Of a DNA stretch of 64,000 bases, positions 13,796-27,573 are shown in pieces. The first letter of the stretch is position 1, and each line of letters starts with the position of its first letter. Position numbers and translations under genes: made by a program. Under the pieces are notes generated by a model that saw only the letters and a program-made list of their open reading frames with translations, did not search any database and was not told the DNA's origin. Origin of the DNA: Octopus vulgaris (lineage: Eukaryota); contig OX597816.1 of NCBI GenBank assembly GCA_951406725.2, positions 126,480,001 to 126,544,000 of the forward strand, read 5' to 3'.

Positions 13796-15300
13796 CTTCA
13801 GGTCATCCACAAAGAAATTATGCACTACACTGGTATTTTTAGCAGTTTCAGACACTAATATGTAGCCATTAGTATTTTCTAAAAGAACTGATAATGGATT
13901 TGATGCCAAAAGAATTTCCCAAAGACTATCCCCTCAGAATATTTCTTTTGAAATATTTATAACAGCAGATGTAATCCACTGATATCACTTGTAAGTGTGA
14001 GGTTTGTTGCTCAGGTCTTTTTGAGTCTCTCAATAGCAATGACTAATGTAGCAGTCTCTGTACTTGTACCAAGAGATTACAGCAACTATGAGTGGGGAAT
14101 AGAATCAAATGCTTTCCTATAATAAGCCATACTGTCATAAGGTTCCTGCAATGTTTTTTCATACTCTGGACATTACAACTTCATGAAAAGTTGTTCAGCA
14201 AATCCCCACACTCCATTCATTCTATCTCCTGTTTATTATTCACGATGTTGTTGGACTCACAATGATCATGGAGTAATTAGTTGAGATAGCTTAAGTAAAG
14301 CTTGTATATAATGTTTGAGTAATGGGCCTTTAATTTTCTACCGTCTCTGATGTTTCGCTTTTGGCTTTGAGATTCGTTTGTGCTATAGTAAACCAATTTA
14401 ATACGTCAATATGACCTTCCATAGTTATTTGAAATATACATATTAATGATTTTCAGTAGAAGGTCAGCTTGTATAAGTTTCCAACTACTAAGTCTATTCC
14501 AGGTGTCTTCCTGTTGTGTAGTTTGCCTCCAGCTGTGGTGAAAGTTTTGGTGTTGGTTGTGTATGTTTTACTGATGATGTTGGTACAGTATTCTTTCCTT
14601 ACTGTATTTAGCCACGATGTTTTTCTTTTACATTTCCAGTATAGCACCTGCGTATTGGAAGGAAACTGGTGATTTATACTGGCTTGCTTGAACATTTTTC
14701 TATGATAATGAAATTTTTCACTCAGCATCCTGAGTTTATGCTTTAAAGTAATTAGCTTTTCATCAAGAGCTTGGCATGAAGAGTCATTGGAGAGTTTCGT
14801 TATTTTTTGCATAAGGTGTAATTAGTGAGGTGTGCACCCATTATTCTTCTTACATTTTATTGTTATGATTAACCACCCAATATGGTAGCATAGATTGTTG
14901 ATGCTTTCTTCAAGTTTTGTTTACTAGCTACGTTATACCTGTTTAGTTATTTCATAAGTAACCATTTAGTGATTTCATTATTTACTCCTATGTGTTCTTT
15001 AAGAGTGATAGCAGCTGTGTATATGAGGATATTAATATTCCAGTAATTAACATCACATGATTCTATGCACTTCCCAGTAATACTATTCATAACTTTCAAT
15101 ATGAGAGCAATTGACTCATTCTAATATCTCAAGATTGTAGTTTCAAAACGTCCCCAAGTTTAGTATGTTCTACATTCATTTCTGCTGAATTGACTACATA
15201 TGAAGGTGTGTGAGAGTTTACTGATGGTGGCTGCAATTTGTTTACATTACTTTGATATTTCTTATAATAGATTTTGATCAGTCATCAAGGTTTTTAGAAG
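13796..15300 (-). mobile_element. R4/Dong-like LINE, 5'/RT part (continuation of 9350-10765)
   Basis: ORF 13706-13909 NPLSVLL..GY..VHNFFVDDLKFY carries the RT (Y/F)xDD motif and ends at the hAT TSD. ORF 14453-14812 includes HNRKTPGID (NWKSPG.D-like). Confidence 0.75.
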
Positions 15301-15349
15301 AATTATCAGCTTCGTGATATTTGGAATAACAATTCCTATATGTGATACC

Positions 15350-15388
<39 letters not shown>

Positions 15389-16282
15389 ATAAGTGAGAGT
15401 AGAGAGGCAAGTTTTGTCTAGTGAGTGTTTTAAAAAAAGATGGGTGAATGTAGCAAAGATGGCACGTATGAATGACGAAGCCACCTTGACTATGGTCCTA
15501 TGAAGCGTAAAAATTAATACAGAGAGTTGCTTATTTGTAAAAAAAATATAACATGTGACTTCATTGACCGAGGTTACCGTGGTCTTTTCCGTAGGCTTTT
15601 CTTTCCACTGGTAAACCTCACTTGCCCTCCCCTTTACACTTTATATTGACATTTCTGTGATAATGATCCCTATTGATAGATTTTTTCTTTTTCCTTTTAT
15701 TTTTATGCCCACCTTTTTTTTTTTGCTTTCCTCTTTCCTTTTACGATCCCTTTTGATCGAAAACCAAACCCCTTTTTATTATCCCCAAAAAGACAAGCTC
15801 TACCTTGTAATTTGTCCCGTCTGTGTGCAGCCCTGTGTGGCTCATAAAGAAACATATTATTATTATTATTATTATTATTTTGCAAAGCAAGATGCTTGTT
15901 GTCAAAGCTGTTTTGCTGTAAAATAGTTTGTGTGAGCTTCATCCCATATTTTCGTGTATGTCTGTATGCATGTTTGTACCTATGTATAAATGTATATATG
16001 TATGTATGTTTTATTTAGAGTTTATTTTTAAGTTTTTTCTTTTTTTTTTTTTGAGAATTCAAGCCAGTCACTAACAGAGTGGCAAGGCTCTTTTGTTTCA
16101 GTCAAGAAAACTCTTGATGCTTATGATTACCTGAATTGGTTAATGTATACATATATGTTCTGATTTAAGTGCATGTGTATGTGCGTGGAAAAAATTGCAG
16201 TTGTAGGTTTTATAACAGAACACAGGTGCATGTCTCATTACTGTTTGTGTGTTCATGTATTTGCATTTTTAAAAAAAAATTT

Positions 16283-16791
16283 AACTGGACTCTTCTACCT
16301 TTCACAAGAGATGATACAGGTGGTAGTTTCCCATATATTTGTACTTTGGTTGGATCACACTTCCATGAGAGATTTTGAGCTCTCATAAGGAGGCGAGTGT
16401 AAGTTCCATCCAACTGCCTCTCAGGCTTCTTTGATAACGTCCAGGTTTCTGAGCCATATAGTAGAATTGGTTCGAATGTGGCTTTGAAGATTTTAAGTTT
16501 GTAAATCTCTACTTAGATTTGATGACCAGATCTTATGCATATCATATGAAAGGTAGAAGAGTCCAGTTTGCTGGACATTGTTGTAGAGCTGAAAACGAGG
16601 TAATTTCTACTTTTCTCCCTGGAAGCCATCTGCTTGCGATACTAGAGGGCGCACACTCTCCTACCCTGATGTAATCTCCAGGGATACAGGCATCCAGCAA
16701 CAGGACCTCCGTAATGCTATGATGGACCGTGAAGTCTGGCGTAAGATAGTAAATTCCATTGTCTCTACCACGGTCGAACAATGATGATGAT
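16283..16791 (+). mobile_element. 5'-truncated RTE-like LINE with an inverted 5' segment
   Basis: 16547-16791 (+) encodes KGRRVQFAGHCCRAENE..RGRTLSYPDVISRDTG..AMMDREVWR followed by a (TGA)n tail. 16283-16544 (-) encodes the preceding part: MHKIW..KIFKATFEPILLYGSETWTL..DGTYTRLLMRAQNLSW..KGRRVQ. Confidence 0.88.
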
Positions 16792-16849
16792 ATGCATTAT
16801 ATATGCATATATGATTGTGTACAAAAGCTCAGCCAGGAATATCAGATGG

Positions 16850-17460
16850 AAATCTCTGATATGTTTCGAGATTTTCAATTTCTCTTACTGTATTAGGAGC
16901 CTGCAAATCAGTCTACTGTGTTCATTTTTGAAGAACCCAAGTATTTCGAGGTTTTATACAAACCAGCTGTTAAGTGGTCTAGTGCTCCTAGATTAATAGG
17001 AACAAATGAAAATACATAGCCTTGAATTAAAAGCTGTAGGTTTGTCATCAGATCTCCATAGATGACCTCCTTTCCACCAATTTTTGAAGAGACATTTGCA
17101 TCTACTGAACAACTGATCCATGTAACAGTGCATGACTTTTGATCTCTGCAACATACAACCATATCTACCTTGTGCCAACACTAGTTTGCTTTTCTACTGG
17201 AATGTTTCATTAGTGTACTTTGGTGTAGCTGTCAAAATAATCATTCTTGAATATAGCTTTGTAAACTGTCTTGGTAACAATGTCATGTATCATGGGCAGT
17301 AGTATTTTTCAGACATTTTTAGGCAGCTAGAGATGATGTAAGTGATATCTTTCATATATGCATGGCATAATCGACTCTTTCTATTGAATTGTGGGGTTTA
17401 GAGGCATTCATATCTCTTTTGTTGGTCAGGTATTTACTAGCTGTCTCCTCGGATAACAAA
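16850..17460 (-). mobile_element. R4/Dong-like LINE 3' fragment (zinc knuckle and REL endonuclease)
   Basis: ORF 16908-17162 VVCCRDQKSCTV..SCSVDANVSSK..KEVIYGDL..FVPINLGAL resembles PD-(D/E)xK REL domains. DITYIISSCLKMS (zinc-knuckle region) lies near 17310-17350. Confidence 0.7.
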
Positions 17461-18114
17461 GGCAGTATCTATGTACACATGTTCATATAAGTGTTTGTGC
17501 ATATACCTATGTACTTGTGAATGTGTTGCTTGTGTATATACATATGTATGTATGTTAATGTGCACACACACACATGCACACACCTTCACTATATTAGTAA
17601 CTACTTTAAAAATCACATATTTCAATATGCTCCATGTTTATATTTAAATTTTTTTCCTTTTAATAGTTGAATTGAAAGAATATTGTTTAAACTCACTTTC
17701 AAAAACTTGTGAAGTGAAAATAATTCTTAGTTCTTAAAAGAACTATAAATTTCCTCACAAATTAACATCTAGACAAATAATTATAAAAGTATTACAATAC
17801 CTCCTTCAAGTCAAAATGAACTTGCCAATTTTTATTTTTAAAAATATATTAACTCATCAACAAACACTTCTGTGACTAATAAACAAACTTTTTTTCTTTT
17901 TTATTAAAATTATTTTACAATATGTATATCAAAATCTATGTGTGTGCATACTGTGTTTATATTTCCATATATATACATATATGTTTATCTAGCTGTTTGT
18001 ATGTCTGTGTAAGGGTAAGTGTTTATGTCTGGGTATATGCCTGTGTGTTTGTGTGTGTATTTATGCATATATATTATACTATAGCATTATGCATATTTTA
18101 CATGTGCATATGCA

Positions 18115-18228
18115 TGCATACTTACATACATACACACATACATACATACATACATACAAACACACATACATACATACATACATACATACATACATACATA
18201 CATACATACATACATACATACATACACA
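18115..18228. repeat. (TACA)n microsatellite
   Basis: Seen directly. Confidence 0.95.
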
Positions 18229-18347
18229 ACTGTAAATAATATCTTTTTGTAGGAGGCTTTCTTGCAATAAGATATTAAAAATGCAATGATTATATATATA
18301 ACAATTTATTATATGCTTCAAAATATTTATTAATACACCATGGTAAA

Positions 18348-20950
18348 CAGGATCAGATTTAAATCTTAGTATGCCCAAGACACTTTAAGTTCTGTGGGCC
18401 CTCAAACACAAAGATTAAAATTCATGATGAATCCAAGAATTTACATTTGAAAACCTGTCTGTTGTATTAATTGTAATTGGCAAATTAGCACACAGAAAGT
18501 TTCAATACATTTGTCTTTGCAAATTTTTATCATTTAAATTATGTACAATAAATTTTACCATCCTATCACTATATACTACTATATTACCTTTCTTTCTACA
18601 CCTGTAATCTGAAAATTTTTTAAGGAATTCCTCAAACTATTGTTTTTAGAACACTACTCTCTATATTCAAAAAGCAGAAAGCACTTAGTCTTTCAAAAGT
18701 CATTATGGTTCTCAGATAATCTTTTACCAGTCCTCATTTACTGAATGACATCTCCTATGAACAATTAGTAACCATCAAGATCAAATGCATTCTGAGAGCT
18801 ACACCTACTCTTGAAAAGGTATCAGTAAGCCCTTCATCATGGATTAAAAGTGCCTTTTGAGATAGAGTGAGGCATGACCTCAGCTTACAAAGTTCTTCAA
18901 ATTATAATTATTCTATGAACACATTAAAGTCACTGAAGAAAGCAGCAATGAATTTCTCAGTTTCAATTATCTTTTCATCGGATAAGCTATGGAAGTTTAC
19001 TATGACTTTGAATATATCATGCACTGACTGATAGACAATTCTAAATGTTTGAAAGATAACAGATAACTGATCTAAACTGACATTAATGAGTCCCACATCT
19101 GGACCTTTCTCTTGCTGAAAGGACAACTTCCTCTGAGGCTGATGCTGGATTTGTGTCACATGTACTTCTTTTCCTTGGTTTGTGTGTTGTTGCTTTGTAG
19201 ACTGCATTTTTACAAGTTCTCGAAATTCAGTTTAACTCTGCATGCATACTCTGAAGTGAATATTCATACTGAGATCAGCTTCAAGTATTTGAAAATTTTT
19301 ATTTGTACCATTAAAATGTGTGCAAATTAAATTCCATATCTTAGAGATCAGAGCAGCTTCAAGACAGTCCATTTTGTCTGCCAGCATCTGAGTCTTGCTT
19401 TGGAGGTTTCTTACATATCATTTACATTCTAAAGGCTTTTTGAATGTATCCATATTCATTAACAAGAACTTCAATAGCATCAGCTTGTGCTGACCAATAA
19501 GTGTTTGAAAAGGACTTCAAAGTTAGTACTCTTTTATTTCCTCCTGGTGGTGATGCATAAAAAATGGTGTATAAGTTTTGTACAAAACAAAATAGCTAAC
19601 AACTTCTACACAGAAAAGTCAGCCATTTTACCAATAAAATTGGATGAATGAGCTGCACAAAGAATGAAAACTGCAGCCAGGTTCTTTTGCTTAAGTGGGG
19701 CTTGCATTCCTGTGAGGTAACTAGACATATTACTGGCATTGTAATAGTACTGACTTCTAGCAGTCTTTAGAATTTATCCCCACTTTTGTAAGAAATTCTG
19801 AGATGAAGCCTGTACTTCAGCTTTGTGAAAAGTAGTCTGCACAAAATTTAAAAACATTTCTATTAGTTTCCCAGAAACAATAAGATGCACAATAACTTTA
19901 GTTGGTTGACATGAAGCCCTGTCCGTAGTTGAATCTACAGAAACTGAGAAATACTTGGTAGTTTTAAGTCCTGAAACAATAAGATTCTTAAAATATTTTG
20001 CCATCAACAGGACAATTTGGAATTACTAAATGCTTTCAAGTGACTCACCAGTAATGGATTAAAGTAGGCAATAAATACCCTAATCCTAAAGATTTTCCAT
20101 CGTCCTATGATTCCTCCATTACCCTAAAATGTCAGGCCTCGCTTGGCTAGAAATATTGTATTGGCCACATCACAGCACAATATGTCAGTCTAGTATTTCT
20201 TGCTTTCCTACACATGATTTTCAAACTTCCTGTTATATTGGGAAGATTCCCTACATGGAATATTGAACTTCAACACAGAATTTCTATTGTCTTGGCTTTG
20301 TTCATGTGTTTTCATTTGCTCTTCTGCTTTTTCAGTATCATTAAAGCCATTGTTGTTAGAAAACCTGTCACATCAGATTGACATCAAAGTACAGAAAAAG
20401 CAATAAACTGCACTCTTTGATGGGCTGTTCAAGAGTAACTTTCTCAAATACTGATCACCATTGTCATGGATAATATAATATACTGTAATTTTAAAATAAC
20501 GGCAGTGCCCATTCAGTTTACCATCATCTAATTGATAATGATGCTGAGATTCTGGGAAAAAGTTAGAGGCAGTTTTGTTTTGACATATAACTGACTTAGA
20601 CGGGAAAAATATAAATACATATAAATAATGCATTTCTCTGATAGAAAACCACATGGCTAGGTTTAGATCCCATGCTGACATTTCACTGTTCATGTAAGTA
20701 AACTGTGTCAATTCATCATCTTCAATATTTTGAGTTGATACATTACTCATATTTTTTACAGATGTACTTGCGTTAATTTCTCAGAAATCTGGTTGTAATT
20801 CTTCATCCTTCACTTTTAAGTTTTCCTTTTTTAAAGCAAGGAAACATTTTATAAGGTATTAATACAGTAACATTTTTCTTTACTTCATTTTTTTTTTTTA
20901 TATATATATTTATCTCCTGAGCACTAGACAGCCCGATATTCTATTTGAGA
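18348..20950 (-). mobile_element. Decayed hAT-Tip100/ZMYM1-like transposon
   Basis: Contains TTF-zinc-finger-like RKLLLNSPSKSAVYCFFC (20373-20750) and first catalytic D in KYFSVSVDSTTD (19774-20007). A hATC-like LRMHLILMVTNCS..LRTIMTFERLSA lies near 18680-18800. A Tip100-like end CAGGATCAGATTTAA..GGGCCC is at 18348. The second TIR was not found. Confidence 0.75.
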
Positions 20951-22342
20951 ATACAATATAGACTGAAGTGAAAAGAAAATAGTCTAAAAAAAACAGGAAC
21001 TGATGACAATGACACAGACTCACTTCATTTAATCCTGCCACAGGTATACAAAGGTAGGAGTTTATGCATACTTCTGTTATTCCTATGTCTGGGGCAGATC
21101 AGTAGTCCTATAGGCAAAGTTAAAGAAATGCTCATAAAAATGGGTTGAAGTGATTAACTGATAATATATGATTACAGATTAAGTATTTTGTTTCCATAAA
21201 ATTATTTTTCTTCAAAATTTTGTTTCACTTTCCTAGGGTCCTAGAAATGAAGACATACCATATACATTTCAGAAAAAATAATAATTTAAAATAGAATTAT
21301 AAATTTCATGGTTCTCTATAAAGTTCAAACAATCTTATGATGATATTTGAGGTTTCAACTTTACTTTCACTTTTGTTAATGAAAATGGGATCTGCTGATG
21401 TAATGATCCAAATCATTTTGTGCGGGAAGAGGGTATTTTGGATTGCAATTAAAATGTGTTGTTATAATCAACAATCACTGCATTTATTTTTGTTTTGAAA
21501 TTCTAATAATAAATAATTTTAATTATAATCTCTCGTTGTAATTTGTTTTTCTTCAATATGAATATTTTGTCTACTGAAGCTTTACTGTATGTTTGAAGTG
21601 TGTGATCTTTGCTTTGCCAGTAAATACAAAACCACGACACAAAATTATCATCCACTTAGTAAAAAATGGAAGTTGATCTTCAAATTCAGGCTCAAAAACA
21701 AATTTTGTCTTAATAGTTTAAACTTACAGCCAAAATGACAGCATACCCACACCTGCCAAGTCAGCCCACAGCCTTCACAAAGCTTCACATTACTCAATGT
21801 GTAATCAACAGATGATAAAAAATGCTACTAATGATTACACATGATTCAATCATCATTATCATATACTATACTCTACAGCAGCTACATTCTGCATCTGCTA
21901 TAGATTGGAAGTGACTGTCTTAAATGACAGACATACGTTGAATGATCCCTTACATGTTCACTGCATGTTACAGCTGATTCTGCAAATGAAAAATGAATCA
22001 ACCCTTCTACTTGACTGGTAATATATTTTATCAGCTCCAAAAAGGTGATAGGCAAAGTTTATCTCAGAAGAGTTTGAACTTAGAATACAAAGAATGAGAG
22101 CAAATACTGCAAAGCATTTGTTTGGCTTTCTAATTATTCTGCCAATCAACCAGTTTTCCTTTGCTGTAATCTTGAAAATAATATATCTACTGTATCATCA
22201 AAGTAGGTCACATCAGTGATTCCAAAACAGAAAAATAATTGCTAATACAATATAATACCCACTTCATTTTATTTTGAAATATATATTATTAGGTATAATA
22301 AAATATAAACAAATATAATTTTCATAATCAAATATAATATGC

Positions 22343-22474
22343 ATAAATTCTATTATCTCTAAATATATATCATGAAATTTTTTATTACATAGAATTGATC
22401 TTCACATATACAATGTGTTTATTCTATCTAAAATGTATTTAATCTATGAAGGCTGCTAAATGTTTCACAGACAT
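22343..22474. repeat. ~130 bp direct repeat, copy 1 (copy 2 at 23534-23666)
   Basis: ATAAATTCTATTATCTCTAAATATATATCA...AAATGTTTCACAGACAT is shared, with scattered substitutions. Confidence 0.9.
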
Positions 22475-23533
22475 GAAGGATATGAATTTAATTTGAGATA
22501 TTTAAAAAGAATATGAACCTAATTAATTTTAATATTGGAAACATTATATTTAATTAACAAGTAAACTTGCTCTAAGGGAGTCTAACAGATATTCTTAATA
22601 AGTATCTCAGAAGCCAATTATAATTAATGAAAGATTTTCAAAAGTTTCTTCCCAATATAACCACAAAGAGATTATATGCTGTTATAGGTATTTGGCCTCT
22701 ATTTAGTAATCTGTAGTTATTTATGTTCAGTTTTTCTGGTAATTGTAATGCTTGATACTTGTTCTTCATGAATACTCTATTAATTTAAATAACTTGATTA
22801 TTTGTCATAGTTTAGCCCCAGGAAAACCCTGATGCAGATAATCAGTCAAATGCTAAGTTGCACCATCCTTGATCGAATGATTTGGGATTATATTCTAAAC
22901 ACAAATTCTCAGCATATGCATTACCATCTTTGGGAAATAAGTAATTGTCATGTGATTCATATGATTATACCAACACAAACTCATACTAAACTTTACTATG
23001 GGGTAAATCTTTGGGGCTCTCATGGCATTTAGAAGTAAATTAAAATTATTAGATATATTTGACAGTTATGTATGTCTGTCATGTTTATACAACTTCATTG
23101 TAGACATTAAAAGAGGGATTTACAAAGTGAGTAATTTGCAATTTTTAGTACACCAAGGGAAGATGAAAGAGTCTAAATCAGCTTAGCAGGAACGGACTTC
23201 AAATATAGTTTACATACAGTTGACTGATTGTCAATATGCAAATTAGCTTATCTACTTGGAAGCAGAGTAGCTGCCAAGATTTTCTACATCTCAAAAAAGC
23301 AACAGTGAGATTGTAAAACTACAAATTCATTTTCAAATCTTCCTTAATTCAAAATTTTCTCCTTTGAGTTCAATGTAAATCAGTATTATATTTTTATTTT
23401 ATTTTTTCTTCCATAAGTAAGGTACAAGTAACTCAGAGTGCTTTAAAACCTCCATAAGTGTGTAACTTTGTGTGTGTGTGTATTTGGTGGAACAAGTAGG
23501 ATAACTAGTTTTCAATATATAAGTATGATATCT

Positions 23534-23666
23534 ATAAATTCTATTATCTCTAAATATATATCACAAAATTATTTTATTACATAGAACTGATCTTCATATA
23601 TACAAAGTATTAATTCTATCTAAAATGTATTTAGTCTGTGAAGGCTCATAAATGTTTCACAGACAT
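23534..23666. repeat. ~130 bp direct repeat, copy 2
   Basis: See 22343-22474. Confidence 0.9.
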
Positions 23667-23799
23667 ATTACAAATTACTGATTTAGAAAATCCCACTTGT
23701 AGACAGACATTTATAACTAATATATCTAAAAATTTTAATTTATTTCTAAATGCCATGAGAGCCAAAATCTATAGATTTACTCCATCATAAAGTTTAGTG

Positions 23800-24101
23800 T
23801 TGGTGTCATGTAAAAAGCATTCAGCTCCACACTTGTAAAGTGGTTGGCATTTGGAAAGGCATTCAACTGTAAAAACCATGCCAAATGTGACTTTGCCTGT
23901 GCTGGTACCATGTAGAAAGCGCTCAGTTCACTCTATGGAGTGGTTGGTGTTAAGAAGGACATCCAGCCATAAAAACCAGGCCAAGACAAACACAGTAGCC
24001 TGGTGTAATATTCTACATAGTCAGCTCTTGTCAAACCATCTAACCCATGTCCGCATTGAAGAAAGACGTTAAATAATGATTTTGATGATGATGATGATGA
24101 T
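23800..24101 (+). mobile_element. RTE 3'-tail-derived repeat ending in (GAT)n
   Basis: GTGGTTGG..GGACATCCAGCCATAAAAACCA..GACGTTAAATAATGAT. The same sequence forms the 3' UTR of the RTE at 55299-56545. Confidence 0.8.
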
Positions 24102-24999
24102 ATATATTTAATAATTTTAATCGAAAGTTACAAAGTAATTCAAGTGACAAAAACTTCATACTTGGCATTTATCACATTATATATATATAATTACTAGTTC
24201 CATAAGAATATTAATTTTTGAACTACCAAAAATGCACCTAAATTTAGACATTCCATTTGTTAATTATTATGCTTCAGAAAAAGTACTAATATTGTTTGCA
24301 ACATATTGTAAGTAATTCATAATTCTTCCCTTTTATTTCTATAACATTGAGTGAAGATTAGCCACACATAAAAAATAATTAAAATCTACTCCTTTTCAAC
24401 TAATTCAAACACAAAGTTATAGTAAAACATCAGTACTGCTGCACATCTAATTTGCAACAGTTTTGATGTTCTGCACTGAATTTTCAATGCTGTATAATTA
24501 ATCTTAGAAAGATCATAGTTATTACATAGAATATCTCTTAGTCCAGCTTGTAGGACTCCTAAAATATCTAAATATGCATAAACAAAACCAACATTAAATT
24601 GATTATAATATTCTCAGATTTCAATATCGCTTTCCACATAAAAACATTTGATGATGGATTGTATACAGTGTTATCAGGCACCAGACATAGAGAAACATAA
24701 TGCACATAGTGTATTGACGGTATGGCTCAATAAGTGCTTGATCACTTATCTCAGCTTGGAAATAGCAGAATTGACTGAAGGTACACAACAAAAGATACAA
24801 TATTCCTCTTCATGACAAGTATCAGCATTGTCATCATTGTTGTGTCATCATCATCATCCTCAAATTACAATGCTTATTTTTATGTTAACAACAGTGGGAT
24901 ATGCTTACAGATCTCATATCTTTTCATATTGTGCATAATTCAATTTGTCATCTTTAATTTTCCATGATCTACCAACTCAGCAGTATTTGTAAAATTTAC

Positions 25000-25450
25000 T
25001 GTATATGTCATCATCATGTATTGTATACCTACCTGCAGTGTATTGATTAAGTGCGAGTTCGATAGATGCCTTACCACTTTTGTTGAACCAGCTTGTGATA
25101 TTGTCTGTCTTGCATTCTTTGCCTGCCTCTTCATTTACTACCCTCTACTCTTCCTTCTATGATGATGCTTTCCAGACTTCCGCCTCTACGAATATGGCCA
25201 TAATAGATGAGCTTTTGTTGTTTTTGCACAACGTTCAAAAGTTATCATCTTTCTTTCACTTACTTGTAACACTCATTCGTTTGTCTGGTGGTCCTTGTAA
25301 CAGACTAGTAACAATCTCTAAAACACCCACATTTCAAATGCATTGATTATATTCTCTTCAAATTTGTTAAGAGTCTACACTTTACAACCACAAATGCCTC
25401 TTGGCCATATTTACAGTTGCACTAGCTTTCTTTTTTTAACCTAGTTGGGA
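25000..25450 (-). mobile_element. RTE LINE 3' fragment
   Basis: The minus strand reads GHIRRGGSLESIIIEGRVEGSK*RGRQR, a typical RTE ORF C-terminus. Confidence 0.7.
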
Positions 25451-26413
25451 AACATTTACTGCTCCAGATATTATTAAGCTTCCCATTTTATTACTGTTTC
25501 TTTCTAACTTTGATGCTGCTTCAGATATTTTCCAGATATTTTTAAAGCAATCACTCTGCTCTCAGGCTGCCACCTGATTTTAGGTGAAATATCTAACACT
25601 TGTTATATAAATTTTGTAAAGACTGAAAACTACTGAAAAATGGTTTAAAATTTTTTTCCTCCCAAAACATTCAAGCACATTTTCCCCCAACTATTGCGGT
25701 ACTTATACAATTGTGTTAAAACAATTTGCATCATGCTTATATCGCTGACATACCTTGCCTTTTGGTATATCATTATATTGTACAGAATCCTGTTCACTGA
25801 TCTTCATTCAGTAAGAATTACACATTTTTGAAATTTAAGCTTTGAAATTCATTAATTCTGACACACTAATGCATAAAGAGATTTTACTGTATGTAGTCAC
25901 AAATTTTGAAATAATCAAAAATGTATTTGTTTCTTTCAGATACAGTTACTGCTTCATATATTGTATAATAGTTTAACTGTTGTAAATAATCCTTTAAACA
26001 TTTTCTCCATGTTTATTTCTCAGTGGGCTAGAGTGGTAGAATTGTTATGTAATGCTATCTTCAGGCTAGTATTTTCTTACAATATTAGAATTCTTTAAAA
26101 TAATATGAAAAGAATTGGGAAAATAGAAACCTGATGTTTGAAAGAATTTAAGATTAGAATAACTAACTAAATTTAAAAATTGGCTTTTCATACCCTGTTA
26201 TTATTTGGTTGATTACAAACAAGTTGTCTCCACAAATCATCACACAATTGTTATCTCAGTATTATTTTGTTAGTATACACCTTGTAAATATATTTATGCA
26301 TATGTGGGAATAAATGATTCCCACAAAATGTCTTGGTTAAGAATAAACAAAACAATTTATTCTTTGTATGGCATTAGCAAAAGGAATAATTAAATATAAC
26401 TGATTATAAATAT

Positions 26414-26800
26414 AGGAGTGACTGTGTGGTAAGTAGCTTGTTTACCAACCACATGGTTCATGGCACCTTGGGCTAGTGTCTTCTACTATAGCCTCGGGCT
26501 GACCAAAGCCTTGTGAGTGGATTTGGTAGATGGAAACTGAAAGAAGCCTGTTGTATATATATGTGTGTGTGTGTGTATGTATATGTTTGTGTGTCTGTGT
26601 TTGTCCCCCCACTATTGCTTGACAACCGATGCTGGTGTGTTTACGTCCCCAACACTTAGCAGTTTGGTAAGAGAGACCAATAGAATAAGTACTGGGTTTA
26701 CAAAGAATAAGTCCCGGGGGCGATTTGCTCAACTAAAGGTGGTGCTCCAGCATAGCCGCAGTCAAATGACTGAAACAAATAAAAGAATAAAAGAAAGAAA
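26414..26800 (+). mobile_element. tRNA-derived SINE, family A (CORE-like middle, internal (TG)n)
   Basis: Head AGGAGTGACTGTGTGGTAAGTAGCTTG, then GGCACCTTGGGCTAGTGTCTTCTACTATAGCC, and an AAAAGAATAAAAG tail. Homologs lie at 33369, 33682, 35445, 45360 and 49012. Confidence 0.85.
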
Positions 26801-27114
26801 ATCTCTATAAATCAAAGAATATACTATCCTATTTTAAAATATGACTTATTCATTGAAAATTTTTAAATACCCTCACTGTGTGTGATGAACTATGTAGCCT
26901 GAAGATCATTATTACCAGTCATATCAATTATGGACCAGCTAAATGAGAGAATGATCTATTTGTTTTTAAGGTTTTATGTCATACAAAACAGTTGTTATTT
27001 CTTTCTAAGTAAATCTTAATGTGGTACAGGAAGAGCCATGTGAACCACTGAAATCTTTTAGTAACAACTTCTGAAAATATTGGCACCTATCTTGACAACA
27101 ACAGCAACAATAAT

Positions 27115-27147
<33 letters not shown>

Positions 27148-27166
27148 ATATTTTTATTATTATTAC

Positions 27167-27197
<31 letters not shown>

Positions 27198-27198
27198 G

Positions 27199-27573
27199 AG
27201 TGAGAAAGCAGTGCATGCCATCAAAGTGACACTGGGGTAAAATATACAAAGCCCAGTATATCAAAGGGTTGATTAAGGATGTTGAATGAAACACTCCTGT
27301 TTCCAAAGGTGAATTATTCATACCCCCCAAAATTCCTCTCAACACATGGTTATGATGCTCCCCAACAACTTCTGCTCATGATCAGAGACGTACATATCAT
27401 CAGCCACTAAGGAGATGCTCAGCTGGTTAAGGGGAAAAACTAACAAGCAGGTACTGAGCAGAATATTTGCTGTAGCCTATCTTTTATACCAAGACAAATC
27501 ATGTACATGATAACTCTTCCTATCAGTTAAGATCAGATGCTATGAGAGCCAAGGCCTGGTACTGCATCAGGGC
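27199..27573 (-). mobile_element. Non-autonomous retroposon-like repeat with an (AAT)n tail
   Basis: A GC-richer block bounded by (ACT)n/(ATT)n on the left and (ATC)n on the right. The minus strand starts CCCTGATGCAGTACCAGGC and ends CTCACTCAATAATAAT. The family is uncertain. Confidence 0.55.

Noticed and set aside
21930-22190. Possible exon(s), including ORF 21958-22149 (-)
   Set aside because: The frames close before a usable donor, or the splice signals are weak, and there is no recognisable protein motif.
27515-27545. Resemblance to U2 snRNA (TTCCTATCAGTTAAGATCAGATG)
   Set aside because: A short, imperfect match inside a retroposon-like repeat. No U2 5' end, GTAGTA branch-pairing motif or Sm site is present.
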